Made by a program: the position numbers and the translations under genes. Shown one piece after another: positions 28,914 through 38,807 of a stretch of 64,000 bases of DNA. Position 1 is the first letter of the stretch, and every line of letters starts with the position of its first letter. Origin of the DNA: Endomicrobiales bacterium (GTDB taxonomy: Bacteria > Elusimicrobiota > Endomicrobiia > Endomicrobiales > JALOBY01); contig CAWCNJ010000004.1 of the NCBI GenBank assembly GCA_963796955.1, forward strand, positions 192,001 through 256,000, read 5' to 3'. Under the pieces are notes generated by a model, which saw nothing but the letters and a program-made list of their open reading frames with translations, made no database searches and was not told the origin of the DNA.

Positions 28914-29465
28914 ATGGCTACCGAAAAAATGACGGTGCTGGATAAGAAGGCCGCGGCTGATGAAATGATGAAAAAGTATATGCAGCTTGGTACGCCGGTG
29001 GCGGAACATAGGCTGCTTGCGAAGATGGCGGGAAAGTGGACCGCTAAAATTAAATCGTGGATGGAGCCGGGCGCACAAGCCATGGAAGGCACCGGGACCA
29101 GCGAAGGCAAAATGATACTTGAAGGACGTTTCCTTGCGCACACCGAAACCTGGGATCAGGAGATGATGGGCAGACATTATATGGGCATGGGCGTTATGGG
29201 CTTTGACAACCATACAAAAAAATACGTCTCCACCTGGTTCGACAACATGGGCACCTCGATCCTGTTCTTTGAAGAAGTGCCCACGATGGACAAAGATTCC
29301 ATGGTCATGGAAGCCCGCCACATGGACGCTATCCAGGGTCTGGTGACCTACCGCACGGTAGAAACAACGATCGATAGCGACAACTACCGGCTGGAGCTGT
29401 ATGTGGTAGACAAGAACAATATGGAATTCAAGATGATGGATACGTTGTACACAAGAATGCAATAG
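28914..29465 (+). CDS. DUF1579-like protein
   Basis: P..EH..L..MAGKW..W..P..MILEGRFL..GFDN..KKYVSTWFDNMGT; GGAGG RBS. Confidence 0.8.
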   Translation: MATEKMTVLDKKAAADEMMKKYMQLGTPVAEHRLLAKMAGKWTAKIKSWMEPGAQAMEGTGTSEGKMILEGRFLAHTETWDQEMMGRHYMGMGVMGFDNHTKKYVSTWFDNMGTSILFFEEVPTMDKDSMVMEARHMDAIQGLVTYRTVETTIDSDNYRLELYVVDKNNMEFKMMDTLYTRMQ

Positions 29466-29481
29466 GAATTAGTTTAAGGTT

Positions 29482-29572
29482 TCGGCGGCTCAGGATATTC
29501 GGTCGTCCCCTTCGGGGACTCCCTCATTTCGCTCGCCGCTAAACTGCATCGGCGGCTCAGGATATTCGGTCG
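29482..29572. repeat. Perfect 24-bp direct repeat flanking a REP-like hairpin
   Basis: TCGGCGGCTCAGGATATTCGGTCG at 29482-29505 and 29549-29572; GTCCCC-TTCG-GGGAC-type hairpin between them. Confidence 0.8.
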
Positions 29573-30693
29573 CGGAAGCGGATGGCGGCGAGGGAAGTTA
29601 CGGCTACAAAAAATACCACGGTAATGGCGACGTTCGTCCAGACCAGTTCGGGGTTGGCGCCTTTAAGCATGACGTTGCGTACTATCTGGACGAAGTAGGT
29701 GAGCGGGTCCAGATGTGCTGTGGCCCGTATGAACGCGGGCATGTTCTCTATGGGGAACATGATGCCGGACAATAATATCGCCGGAAAGATAAACAGGAAC
29801 GAGCCCATCATGGCTTGCTGCTGATTTTTCGCTATGGTAGAGATGAAGATACCGATCCCGACGGCGGTGCTCACGAACATCAGGGCCGCCAGTATCAGCA
29901 GCAGCAGGGAACCTCTCAGCGGCACGCCGAATATTAAAAACCCCCCGGCCGTTACCAGCAGCGCGTTGACCACGCCCATCACAATGAAGGGGAAAGATTT
30001 CCCGAGGATTATCTCCAGCGGGCGCACGGGTGCTGCTATTATGGTCTCGAAGGTGCCCAGCTCTTTCTCCCTGGCAAGCGACATGCTGGAAAGCATAACG
30101 GTGGTAATGCACATGATCATAACAATAATGCCCGGTACCATGAAAAACGCTGTCTCCATGGTCGGGTTATACAAGAACCGTGTGTCAAAAACTACTGCCG
30201 GGCGCAGCCGGGCCTGCGAGAGTTTGTCTTGAGAGAATTGCAGCGTTATAAGGCGGAAATAATTTTCTATCGCCCGTGCCTTGGTCGTGTTCTGGGCGTC
30301 TATCAGTAGTTGAATGCGGGCTGCATGGCCGGAGCCAAAGGGTTCGCCCCTGCCGATGGCTTTGGTAAGGCCGCCCGGCGGCATGATCGCTACGGCATCG
30401 GCGGCGCCCGATCTCAAATAATCTTGCGGCGTTGTTTTTGAAGAACTCGGCAGAATGAACCAGCCTGAGGCGTAAAGCCGGTCATGCAGCTGGCGGGCCA
30501 CAACATCACTTGGTTCAAAAACAAATGAAAGTTTTAAATTCTTGAATTCGTTCGAGATCGCGTAACCGAAAAGCGTCAGCTGCACCACCGGAACCACCAG
30601 CAAAAATATCCTCATCACCGGATCGCGCAACACCTGCGCGAATTCCTTCTTAAAAAATCCTTTAATAACGCGATGGTCTATATTCATGTTCAT
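29557..30693 (-). CDS. ABC-2 exporter permease (YbhR-like)
   Basis: KEFAQVLRD, FGYAI, YNP, VPG, AREKELGTFE, LSG..FPIENMP. Confidence 0.9.
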   Translation of the reverse strand: MNMNIDHRVIKGFFKKEFAQVLRDPVMRIFLLVVPVVQLTLFGYAISNEFKNLKLSFVFEPSDVVARQLHDRLYASGWFILPSSSKTTPQDYLRSGAADAVAIMPPGGLTKAIGRGEPFGSGHAARIQLLIDAQNTTKARAIENYFRLITLQFSQDKLSQARLRPAVVFDTRFLYNPTMETAFFMVPGIIVMIMCITTVMLSSMSLAREKELGTFETIIAAPVRPLEIILGKSFPFIVMGVVNALLVTAGGFLIFGVPLRGSLLLLILAALMFVSTAVGIGIFISTIAKNQQQAMMGSFLFIFPAILLSGIMFPIENMPAFIRATAHLDPLTYFVQIVRNVMLKGANPELVWTNVAITVVFFVAVTSLAAIRFRDRIS

Positions 30694-30695
30694 GA

Positions 30696-31817
30696 TTAAG
30701 GTTCAATATCCCTTTTAAAGCGTTTTGAGGCGGCGACTAACAGCAGTACGCTCATGAAGGCCAGCACAAGGAAGGGGACCATAAGGTCCAGAAGGCCGGC
30801 TCCCTTAAGCATGATACCTCGTACTATCTGCATGAACCAGCGCTGAGGAAGCAGCATGGTAAGGCCCCTGAAAAACATGGGCATGCTTTCTATCGGGAAA
30901 ATGAAGCCCGATAAAAGCAGCGACGGCATAAGGCCTATTATCAAAGATGCCTGCATTGCTTTTTGCTGCTGGCGGGCGGTGATGGATATCATGAGACCGA
31001 TCGCCAGGGCGATAAATGTGAACAATACGCAGGCGACGCCAAAAAGCAGGTAGCTGCCCTGGAACGGTATCGAGAAGACCATTTGCGCCATGGCCAGCAC
31101 CAGTACTATGCCGCTTAAACCCAGGACCGCATAAGGAAGTATCTTGCCGATTATAACCTCCAATGGTGTTACCGGAGTCGATAGCAGCATCTCCATGGAA
31201 CCATTCTCCCATTCCCGGGCTATGGTAAGAGCGGTCAATAAAATAGAGAGCAAACCGGTGACTACTACAATTAGGCCGGGTACCACGAACCATTGAGTAT
31301 TGAGTTCCGGATTATAAAGAAAACGCGTGATCACGGGGATCGGGTCGTGAGTCGTTACTCCGGTCAGCTTTGAGGAAGCCGCTACCTGCAGCTGTGCCAG
31401 ATAGCCGCCGATAACCCCTGCCTTTGTATTGTCCGAACCGTCCAGCAGGATCTGCACGTTCGCCGGCGCCCCTGTTTGTATCTTTTTTTCGAACTCCGGC
31501 TCTATGATCAGCGCCGTCGAGACCCGTTCGGATTCTATAGCGCCGATAGGGCTCAGTCCCTCCGGCGTGCCGGTCGGGATGAAATATTCGCTCGCGGCGA
31601 AGGTCTGCACCAGTTCGCGGGACTGCTCGGTGCGGTCCCTGTCGAAAACGGCAAGTTTTATATTACGAAAATTAAAATCTATCGTAAATCCAAAGAATGC
31701 CACCAGTATCACCGGAACGCCCACCGCCATGGCGATGGTAAAAGGATCCCGTAACACATGCATTACTTCCTTGCGGGCGATGGCGAGCGCTCTGGCCGGA
31801 ACGAAAGAACCGTTCAT
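30696..31817 (-). CDS. ABC-2 exporter permease (YbhS-like)
   Basis: KEVMHVLRD, DGSD, YNPEL..VPGL, AREWENGSME, LSGFIFPIESMP. Confidence 0.9.
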   Translation of the reverse strand: MNGSFVPARALAIARKEVMHVLRDPFTIAMAVGVPVILVAFFGFTIDFNFRNIKLAVFDRDRTEQSRELVQTFAASEYFIPTGTPEGLSPIGAIESERVSTALIIEPEFEKKIQTGAPANVQILLDGSDNTKAGVIGGYLAQLQVAASSKLTGVTTHDPIPVITRFLYNPELNTQWFVVPGLIVVVTGLLSILLTALTIAREWENGSMEMLLSTPVTPLEVIIGKILPYAVLGLSGIVLVLAMAQMVFSIPFQGSYLLFGVACVLFTFIALAIGLMISITARQQQKAMQASLIIGLMPSLLLSGFIFPIESMPMFFRGLTMLLPQRWFMQIVRGIMLKGAGLLDLMVPFLVLAFMSVLLLVAASKRFKRDIEP

Positions 31818-32737
31818 CTTGAGTCTCCTTCCACTAACCGCATGAAAACGTCTTCCAATGATGGAGTAATGACCCCTGAGCTGTAACCCTGCGGCAGGGA
31901 GCGCCGTATCTTTTCGACGGAGTCTTTGCTTTTCGTGACGGCATGATAGCGTAATCCCATGGGCCAGAAACGGGCGACCTCGCTGTCTGCCGACAAATGA
32001 GCGGCGATACGCTGATGACCAACACCGGGAGCAGATATCTCCATCACCGGTTCCGGATAGGCCTGCGCTTTAAGTTCGGCCGGGCTGCCCATGGCGATAA
32101 CAGAGCCCGCGCGCATCAGCGCTATCCTGCCGCATTGCTCCGCTTCGTCCATATAATGAGTTGTTACTATAACCGTTTTGCCTTTGCCTGCCAGGTTTCG
32201 TATCAGTTCCCAGAATTTCGCCCTGACCGACGGGGAAACGCCCGAGGTAGGCTCGTCGAGAAAAATGATCGATGGGTCGTGCAGCAGGGTGGCCGCGAGG
32301 GAAACTTGTTGTTTTATGCCGGAGGGCAGATCCCGGACCATGGTGGCTATGGGATAAATAAAACCTATGAATGAGAATAATTCTTCCATACGCTGCTTCG
32401 CCAGGATCGGTTCCATACGGCGCAAGGACGCCTTAAAGGACATATTTTCCGCCACCGTAAGATCATCGTACAGCGTGAATTTTTGCGACATGTAACCGAC
32501 GATAGATTTGATATCGCGGCCGTGGGCGGCACAATCCTGCCCGCCAACGCACACCGAGCCCGAGGTTGGCATAAGCAAACCGCACAGCACGCGAATAGTG
32601 GTGGTCTTGCCCGCGCCGTTGGCCCCCAGAAAACCGAAGATCTCTCCCGTTGCGACAGAGAAACTCACGTTGTCAACGGCCGTGAAATCGCCGAACTTTA
32701 CGGTTAATCCGTTCAGTTCTATCGCAGGACCGTTCAT
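31814..32737 (-). CDS. ABC exporter ATP-binding subunit
   Basis: GANGAGKTT, YMSQKF, LDEPTSGV, TTHYMDEAE. Confidence 0.92.
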   Translation of the reverse strand: MNGPAIELNGLTVKFGDFTAVDNVSFSVATGEIFGFLGANGAGKTTTIRVLCGLLMPTSGSVCVGGQDCAAHGRDIKSIVGYMSQKFTLYDDLTVAENMSFKASLRRMEPILAKQRMEELFSFIGFIYPIATMVRDLPSGIKQQVSLAATLLHDPSIIFLDEPTSGVSPSVRAKFWELIRNLAGKGKTVIVTTHYMDEAEQCGRIALMRAGSVIAMGSPAELKAQAYPEPVMEISAPGVGHQRIAAHLSADSEVARFWPMGLRYHAVTKSKDSVEKIRRSLPQGYSSGVITPSLEDVFMRLVEGDSR

Positions 32738-33453
32738 GCTTTTGCCTTCTGTAGGAATATCTCGTCGAAACTGCCGGCAGCGGCATCCTTGAGCAGCGCG
32801 CCCGGTTCGCCGTTGAGCAGTAGTTTTCCGTTGTCAAGAAAGTGCACTCTTGAGCAGCGTTCCGCCTCATCCATATACGCGGTTGAAACGATCACGGAAA
32901 TGTTGTCGGCGATAAGCGCATAGAGCAATTCCCAGAATTCCCTGCGGCTTATGGGGTCGACCCCGTTGGTGGGTTCATCCAGAAGAAGTAATCCGGGCGA
33001 TTGCAGCAGCGTACACATCAGGGCGGTTTTTTTGTACATCCCGCCTGATAATTTTCCAACGGGTCTTTCCACAAAGCTTTCCAGCCGCGTTATGGCAAGC
33101 AGTTCCTGACGACGCTTGTGATACGCGTCCGCCGTCAACTGATAGAGATCTTTAAAGAACTCCAGGTGTTCGTTAATGGTTAGATCGGGGTACAAACTCG
33201 CTTTAGAAGGCATATAGCCTATTTTTGCGCGAATGTCGTTAAAGCGTGCAGGTGCGCCCTTAAAGGTATAATTTATTTTGCCGCTTCCTGCGTGCAGCAG
33301 CCCGGCCATGATGCGCATAAGTGTCGTCTTTCCCGCGCCATCGGGACCGATAAGCCCGTGCAGAAGTCCCGGCTCAAATGATACGGTCAGGTCGTTGAGT
33401 GCCGTGGTTTTATCGAATGTTCGATATAAATGTTCTGTTTCAATGCCTATCAA
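32734..33453 (-). CDS. ABC exporter ATP-binding subunit
   Basis: GPDGAGKTT, LSGGM, LDEPTNGVDP, STAYMDEAE. Confidence 0.92.
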   Translation of the reverse strand: MIGIETEHLYRTFDKTTALNDLTVSFEPGLLHGLIGPDGAGKTTLMRIMAGLLHAGSGKINYTFKGAPARFNDIRAKIGYMPSKASLYPDLTINEHLEFFKDLYQLTADAYHKRRQELLAITRLESFVERPVGKLSGGMYKKTALMCTLLQSPGLLLLDEPTNGVDPISRREFWELLYALIADNISVIVSTAYMDEAERCSRVHFLDNGKLLLNGEPGALLKDAAAGSFDEIFLQKAKA

Positions 33454-34172
33454 GGCAGTTTCACCTCTACCGTCATGCCGGGTTTCATGAACCGGTCTGC
33501 ATTATTGAAATTGATCTTGACACCGTACACCAGTCTGGTGCGCTCATTGCGCGTCTGCACGTTCTTGGGGGTGAACTCGGCTTCCTCGTTGATCTTTATT
33601 ATGGTACCCGGTATGGTTTTCATGTTCGCTTCAGCCACGACGCCCTCCACCGTCATACCGGTTTTGATCTTCGCCAGACCATCATGCGCTACATATATAT
33701 ACGCCCATACGGTAGAGAGATCTTCCAGCATTAAAAGTTTTGTGCCGGGGTTCACCATCTCGCCGGGTTCATGGTACCTGGTGATCACGGTGCCTTCCAG
33801 CGGCGAAGAGATCGTACACCAGCTTAAGCGCACCATCGCGTCATCGTATTTAAATTTAAGCCGGTCGAAGGTTTCACGGTTCATCGAGCCGTCCGCCAGC
33901 AGCTGCACCGCCCGCCGGTAATCCCGCCCTGCGGCATCGGCGGCCACCCGCACGTCGTCGCCCGAGATGGAGACCAGCAGATCGCCTTTCTTTACGTTGT
34001 CGCCCTCCTGCACGGTCACCTTTTCGATGGTGCCCATCAGCCGCGATGACAACTCTACCGTCGTCGCTTCCACCGTTCCTGCATACAGGAATTGACTTCG
34101 CTTGCCGGCCACAAAAGCCACTATCCCCGCGAGCACCAGCACCGCAATAATGACCGGTATCCGTTTTTTCAT
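33450..34172 (-). CDS. HlyD-family periplasmic adaptor (YbhG-like)
   Basis: GTVEAT, V.EGD.VKKG, ISSPLEG, AEFTPKNVQT..ER..LVY.VK. Confidence 0.9.
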   Translation of the reverse strand: MKKRIPVIIAVLVLAGIVAFVAGKRSQFLYAGTVEATTVELSSRLMGTIEKVTVQEGDNVKKGDLLVSISGDDVRVAADAAGRDYRRAVQLLADGSMNRETFDRLKFKYDDAMVRLSWCTISSPLEGTVITRYHEPGEMVNPGTKLLMLEDLSTVWAYIYVAHDGLAKIKTGMTVEGVVAEANMKTIPGTIIKINEEAEFTPKNVQTRNERTRLVYGVKINFNNADRFMKPGMTVEVKLP

Positions 34173-35557
34173 TTTGTTGTTTCTCCTTCTTGTGTTGAAG
34201 CCAGTATCGCCTCGTTTATCAATAACTGTATCTGTACCCGTGCCAATTGCAGCTCGGCCTCAAGCACCTGGTAATTTGCAGTCTGTAATTCCAGATACGT
34301 AAGGGCGCCGGCCCGGTAAGACCGGTAGGATATGCCGGCAAGCTCACCGGCCTCCGATGCCGCCTGAGCCGCCATCGTCCGTTGACGCTTTAACGCTGTT
34401 AACTGGTCGTGTGCCTTTGCCCAGTCGCGGAAGAGGCCGCGCGCGATCTGTTCCCGCCTGGCCTGCGCTGAAAGCTCCTGAGAGCGATAGCCGGCAGCGC
34501 GATCTTTATCCGCATTACCTTCGAACAATGACCAGCTGAGGTTGGCGCCCAAGGTGTTCTGATTTATGGTTTCAAGCACCATGGTGTTCGGGTAATCTAA
34601 CGATGTCCGGGCGGTTAATTGCAGGCGCGGCCAGAAGGCTGCATCCGCTGCGGCCGCGGCGTAATGGGCGGATTCTATCAGTTTCTGCGCTTCCATCAGC
34701 GTCGGGTGCGCCTCCCATAATGTACCTTCGTCGTAGCGCGAGAACCGGGAAAGCAGGTCGTCTACCGGATCGATCTGGGTGATGATGTTCGGTTCAACGG
34801 TATCTTTTAATGTTAAACCGCTGACACGTTTGTCCAGGGGAATGCACGTTCCGGGCAGCGCCGGTGTGCCGCCCGTAAGCGCCGCAAGCTCGCGCAACGC
34901 GCCTGCCATATCAGCCTGGGCCCGGGTTAGCTGCTGCTGCCGTGAAAGCAGTTCCTGGTGCGCGGAAAGTTGATCGATGCGGCTTTTCGCGCCGGCCTTC
35001 ACCTGCTTGGTTATATCGTCGTACTGTGTGCCGGAAAGATTAACGGAGTTAGAAAGCACTACCAGTTGTTCGCTGGCCAGTGTAAGTTGAAAATAGAGGG
35101 TACGGCATACCAGCAGTTGCTGGCGCTTGACAGCCTCGGCTTCCTGCTCTTTTGCGTTTGCATCTGACATGGCGCTGCCGTAAGAGTTGCGTACGGCCCC
35201 GCCGTCAAAGGCTGTCCAGGCGAGTGTCGGACCGACAGAATAATTGGTGTTATCGCCAAGTTTTTGATCGATTGCCAGGGGACCGGCTTTTACATTGAGC
35301 TGGGGCACCACCGTAATGTAACGGTAACTGCCTTCTATGCTCAGGCGCGGATAGACCGGCCCGTGCAGAGCGTCGGCCCGGTAGTGCGCCGCCTTTGCGT
35401 CGTTGAGCGCTGCCTGATATTGAGAGGAATTTTCCAGCGTTAGCTTTTCCGTCTGTGCCAGAGAGACCATCACCGTCGCAGGTTCGGCCGCGTACAACGG
35501 CAGACTGATAACATTCAGCAGGGCGACCAGCACGGCTCGTTTTGAAGATGTGCGCAT
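34169..35557 (-). CDS. TolC-family outer-membrane efflux protein
   Basis: Signal peptide, two OEP repeats (YPRLS..W..FDGG; WPRL..WSLFEG), Y.AG..YLEL. Confidence 0.85.
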   Translation of the reverse strand: MRTSSKRAVLVALLNVISLPLYAAEPATVMVSLAQTEKLTLENSSQYQAALNDAKAAHYRADALHGPVYPRLSIEGSYRYITVVPQLNVKAGPLAIDQKLGDNTNYSVGPTLAWTAFDGGAVRNSYGSAMSDANAKEQEAEAVKRQQLLVCRTLYFQLTLASEQLVVLSNSVNLSGTQYDDITKQVKAGAKSRIDQLSAHQELLSRQQQLTRAQADMAGALRELAALTGGTPALPGTCIPLDKRVSGLTLKDTVEPNIITQIDPVDDLLSRFSRYDEGTLWEAHPTLMEAQKLIESAHYAAAAADAAFWPRLQLTARTSLDYPNTMVLETINQNTLGANLSWSLFEGNADKDRAAGYRSQELSAQARREQIARGLFRDWAKAHDQLTALKRQRTMAAQAASEAGELAGISYRSYRAGALTYLELQTANYQVLEAELQLARVQIQLLINEAILASTQEGETTK

Positions 35558-35656
35558 GGTGTGCCTCTTTATGTAAGATGTCGGTCGAAGTATAGTTATA
35601 CAAACGTATCAATAATGGTGTCAATAGTTATTTCGACCTCGCCGGCATGGGGTAAA

Positions 35657-35684
35657 TGTGAAAATATTGTGAACATCCTGTGAA
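35657..35684 (+). promoter_or_regulatory. Three TGTGAA direct repeats at 11-bp spacing (putative regulator boxes)
   Basis: TGTGAA at 35657, 35668 and 35679 in the divergent tolC/kinase intergenic region. Confidence 0.45.
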
Positions 35685-35777
35685 ATAAGCATGGAATTAG
35701 TCGGCTGGTTTTGCTATAATAATTGGGAAGCACAGAATATCTAGTTTAATATGCGCAACTCCCCCCGGAGATACATA

Positions 35778-37187
35778 ATGGTATTGCAGAATGTTTTGTT
35801 ATCATTGCTTGGGTCTGCGTTTTTCCTGCTCTTATGCGCCGGGGCATATCTCTACGCCGGTCTGCGCCGTAAGAACGGTGCGCTGAAAGACTTAACCCTT
35901 CAACTGGAACAGAAATTAGTAGACAATACCCGGGAACTGTCGCAGACTATCAGCGACCTGAAGCGCAGCGAAAAGGCCAGAAAAGAATTTATCGCGGGCA
36001 TTACCCACGACCTGAAATCGCCGCTGGCGGTCGTTGTGGGCCACACCGAACTGATCAAGTACGCCGTTCAGCCGGGTTCCGACATGTGGAAGTTCTCTGA
36101 AAATATTTTCGCCTCGGCAAACCATCTAAGCCGCCTGGTAGACCGGCTTGTTTCCACCGCCCTGCTGGAGAGGGAAGAAAGACCCATCCTTGACCTCTAT
36201 GATTACGCGTTCTATGTCCGGACATTTTTCAATATGTTTCAGGATGCCGCCCGCAGGAAAAACATCCGTTACGAACTGGTCATAGCGCCCGAACCCATCA
36301 TTATACAGGCGGACATCACCCTGCTGGAAAGAACTCTTGCCAACCTGGTGCAGAACGCGTTTAAATTCACACCGGAAGGCGGCAGCATCACCATGCAGGT
36401 GCACAAGCAGGGCTCGCTCGTTTACACGCGGGTGATCGACACGGGCGTGGGAATCCCTGCCGACAAACTGGACCGGATCTTCGAGAGAGGTTTCCAGGCG
36501 AATGCCGATCATAAAGACCTTGGGTTCGGCCTTGGTTTGAACATTGTAAAAGAGACGCTGGTTAAACTTGGGGGCGACATAATCGCCACCTCCACTGAGG
36601 GAAAAGGCAGCACGTTCACGTTGTCGCTGCCGCTCCACGCAAACCAGCAGGCCGATGTGCAAAGGACGACGGCACGTATCCTCGGCGCCTCTACCGATCC
36701 CAAAGACAGCATTATTCCGATGCTGAAACAGGCGATCGAATCGGAATCAAAATATCCCGCCTTCAGGAACGATCCCAGGTCGTACGAAAACAAATCGCCG
36801 GAAAAACTTACGCTGATGCTTGTTGACGACACCCCGGGTCAGCTGTCGCTGACCATCGCCTCCCTGAGCAAAGACTTCAACCTGCTGATAGCGCAAAGCG
36901 GCGCCGAAGCTCTTGAAAAACTTGCGAAGCATAAAGGTAAGGTCTCAATGGTCCTCTCCGATATGAGAATGGACGGCATGTCCGGCCTTGACCTGCGCCG
37001 TGTATTAGCCGAGAACGTAAACTACAGCCACATCCCCTTCTTTATCCTGACCGCATACGCCAATGATGACGACGCGCTTAAGTCTTACAAGATAGGCGCA
37101 TTCGAATATCTCTCAAAACCCGTAAATTCTTACATATTGAAAGAACGCATCAACCTGTGGCTGAATAAGACACAGGGGCATTGCTGA
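35778..37187 (+). CDS. Hybrid histidine kinase (TM-HisKA-HATPase-REC)
   Basis: ITHDLKSPL H-box, NLVQNAFKFT, DTGVGI, GFGLGL, C-terminal LMLVDD..SDMRM..LTA..KP. Confidence 0.92.
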   Translation: MVLQNVLLSLLGSAFFLLLCAGAYLYAGLRRKNGALKDLTLQLEQKLVDNTRELSQTISDLKRSEKARKEFIAGITHDLKSPLAVVVGHTELIKYAVQPGSDMWKFSENIFASANHLSRLVDRLVSTALLEREERPILDLYDYAFYVRTFFNMFQDAARRKNIRYELVIAPEPIIIQADITLLERTLANLVQNAFKFTPEGGSITMQVHKQGSLVYTRVIDTGVGIPADKLDRIFERGFQANADHKDLGFGLGLNIVKETLVKLGGDIIATSTEGKGSTFTLSLPLHANQQADVQRTTARILGASTDPKDSIIPMLKQAIESESKYPAFRNDPRSYENKSPEKLTLMLVDDTPGQLSLTIASLSKDFNLLIAQSGAEALEKLAKHKGKVSMVLSDMRMDGMSGLDLRRVLAENVNYSHIPFFILTAYANDDDALKSYKIGAFEYLSKPVNSYILKERINLWLNKTQGHC

Positions 37188-37262
37188 ACCCGAACAACCC
37201 TGATATATTCTCTTAACATTAACTGGCCCCGTTTATAATCCTGCGATGCAAGGGAGTTCGAA

Positions 37263-38807
37263 ATGGTCAATCGATCAAAGCAACGCGTAGAGATCACGGT
37301 AGACGCCGGCATGAAAGTACGTTGTCTGAACCAGCCTAACCTGGCCGGAAATGTGATACTGGTAGACGTGTCGATCAACGGTATGAGCCTGATCGCCGGA
37401 CACCCTCTCGAAAAAAAAATAGATGCCGAAATACAATTGCCGGACAGGTATGTAACCAAAGGTATAGCATGTAAGTTCTCCGTGAAAGCGGAACTTATGT
37501 GGATGAGGTATAGCGAGAATGATAAAACATATATACATGGTTATAGATTTGTAACCCTGGACGAAATAGCAGAGCGCTGCCTGGCCATGCTCATTGAGTA
37601 TGAAATAGAAGAGGACAGGAAATCACTGAAGCTGTTGATACCCAAAGAGCGGCATGACAACTATACAAGGAGCGCCATTAAGGACCGGCTCCAGTGGCTT
37701 TCACACAAAACAAAAACAGGTTTTGCGCATATTCCGCGATTCTCCGTAGATCCCGCCACTTACAAGGGTAATGTTGAAAATATGATCGGAGTCTGCCAGG
37801 TGCCACTGGGGATAGCCGGTCCATTAAAGATTAATGGACAGGAAGCACGTGGTGAATTTTATGTTCCGCTGGCAACAACAGAAGGCGCGCTCGTCATGAC
37901 CTACGATTTAGGAATGCGGCTTATCACAAAGTCTGGTGGAGCCACTACCAAGGTGATACGAGATGCAATACAAATATCTCCGATATTTCACATAGGACGC
38001 ATGTCAAAATCCGATGAGTTTAGCGAGTGGATAAATAAGAATTACGCGACGGTTAAAGATAAGTTCGAAGGGACAACACACCATGGAAAACTCATTAGTG
38101 TAGTGCCCGTTACAATAAACTCGCATGTTGTGGTCAAATTTACTATGTTCACAGGAGATGCACAAGGTCTAAATATGATAAACCGCGCCGTACGCGAGGC
38201 GTGTGAATATATCTCACAATCGACGGGTTACTCCTATATCCAGCGCGCTAATTATTCAGGTATAAAGAAAGTAAATATGGATAATATCTTTAATGGTTTG
38301 GGTAAATCTGTCGTTGCAGAAGTGACAATACCAAGGTCGATACTGAAACTATTGCGTGTGACACCTGAACAGGTGTGCGCATACTACAATAACTGCTTGC
38401 TGGCAAGTGTGTATTCGGGAATGATAGGTATGAATGCTCATGTTGCAAATGCCCTCAGTGCAATATACATTGCATGTGGCCAGGATGTCGCTGACATTCA
38501 TGTTTCTAGTATCGCATACATATCTTATGAGATGACGGAATCTGCCGACCTGTACGCCAGGCTGTATATACCTAATCTTCTCGTTGGTACTGTCGGTGGG
38601 GGGACATCGATCGGCACTCAGAGGGAATGTTTGGAAATACTGGACTGCCATGGTTCCGGAAGATCAAAGAAATTTGCCGAAATTGCCGCGGCATCAGCTT
38701 TGGCAGGTGAAATCACCGTTGTTGCTGCACTAATAAATGGCGAGTATGTTGGAGCACATGAAAAGTACGGTAGAAATAAGACCAAGCATTTGAAGGCGGT
38801 CGCTTGA
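37263..38807 (+). CDS. PilZ domain fused to a class I HMG-CoA-reductase-like enzyme
   Basis: N-terminal RSKQR..DVSINGM..WMR..HGYRF (PilZ); ENMIG, PLATTEGALV, TGDAQGLNM, GQDVA, VGTVGGGT, LAGE, AHEKYGR (HMGR). Confidence 0.85.
   Translation: MVNRSKQRVEITVDAGMKVRCLNQPNLAGNVILVDVSINGMSLIAGHPLEKKIDAEIQLPDRYVTKGIACKFSVKAELMWMRYSENDKTYIHGYRFVTLDEIAERCLAMLIEYEIEEDRKSLKLLIPKERHDNYTRSAIKDRLQWLSHKTKTGFAHIPRFSVDPATYKGNVENMIGVCQVPLGIAGPLKINGQEARGEFYVPLATTEGALVMTYDLGMRLITKSGGATTKVIRDAIQISPIFHIGRMSKSDEFSEWINKNYATVKDKFEGTTHHGKLISVVPVTINSHVVVKFTMFTGDAQGLNMINRAVREACEYISQSTGYSYIQRANYSGIKKVNMDNIFNGLGKSVVAEVTIPRSILKLLRVTPEQVCAYYNNCLLASVYSGMIGMNAHVANALSAIYIACGQDVADIHVSSIAYISYEMTESADLYARLYIPNLLVGTVGGGTSIGTQRECLEILDCHGSGRSKKFAEIAAASALAGEITVVAALINGEYVGAHEKYGRNKTKHLKAVA

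Noticed and set aside
29482..29572. 24-bp repeat with 43-bp spacer as a mini CRISPR array
   Set aside because: Only two copies, one inside a CDS end, with no cas genes or leader in the window.
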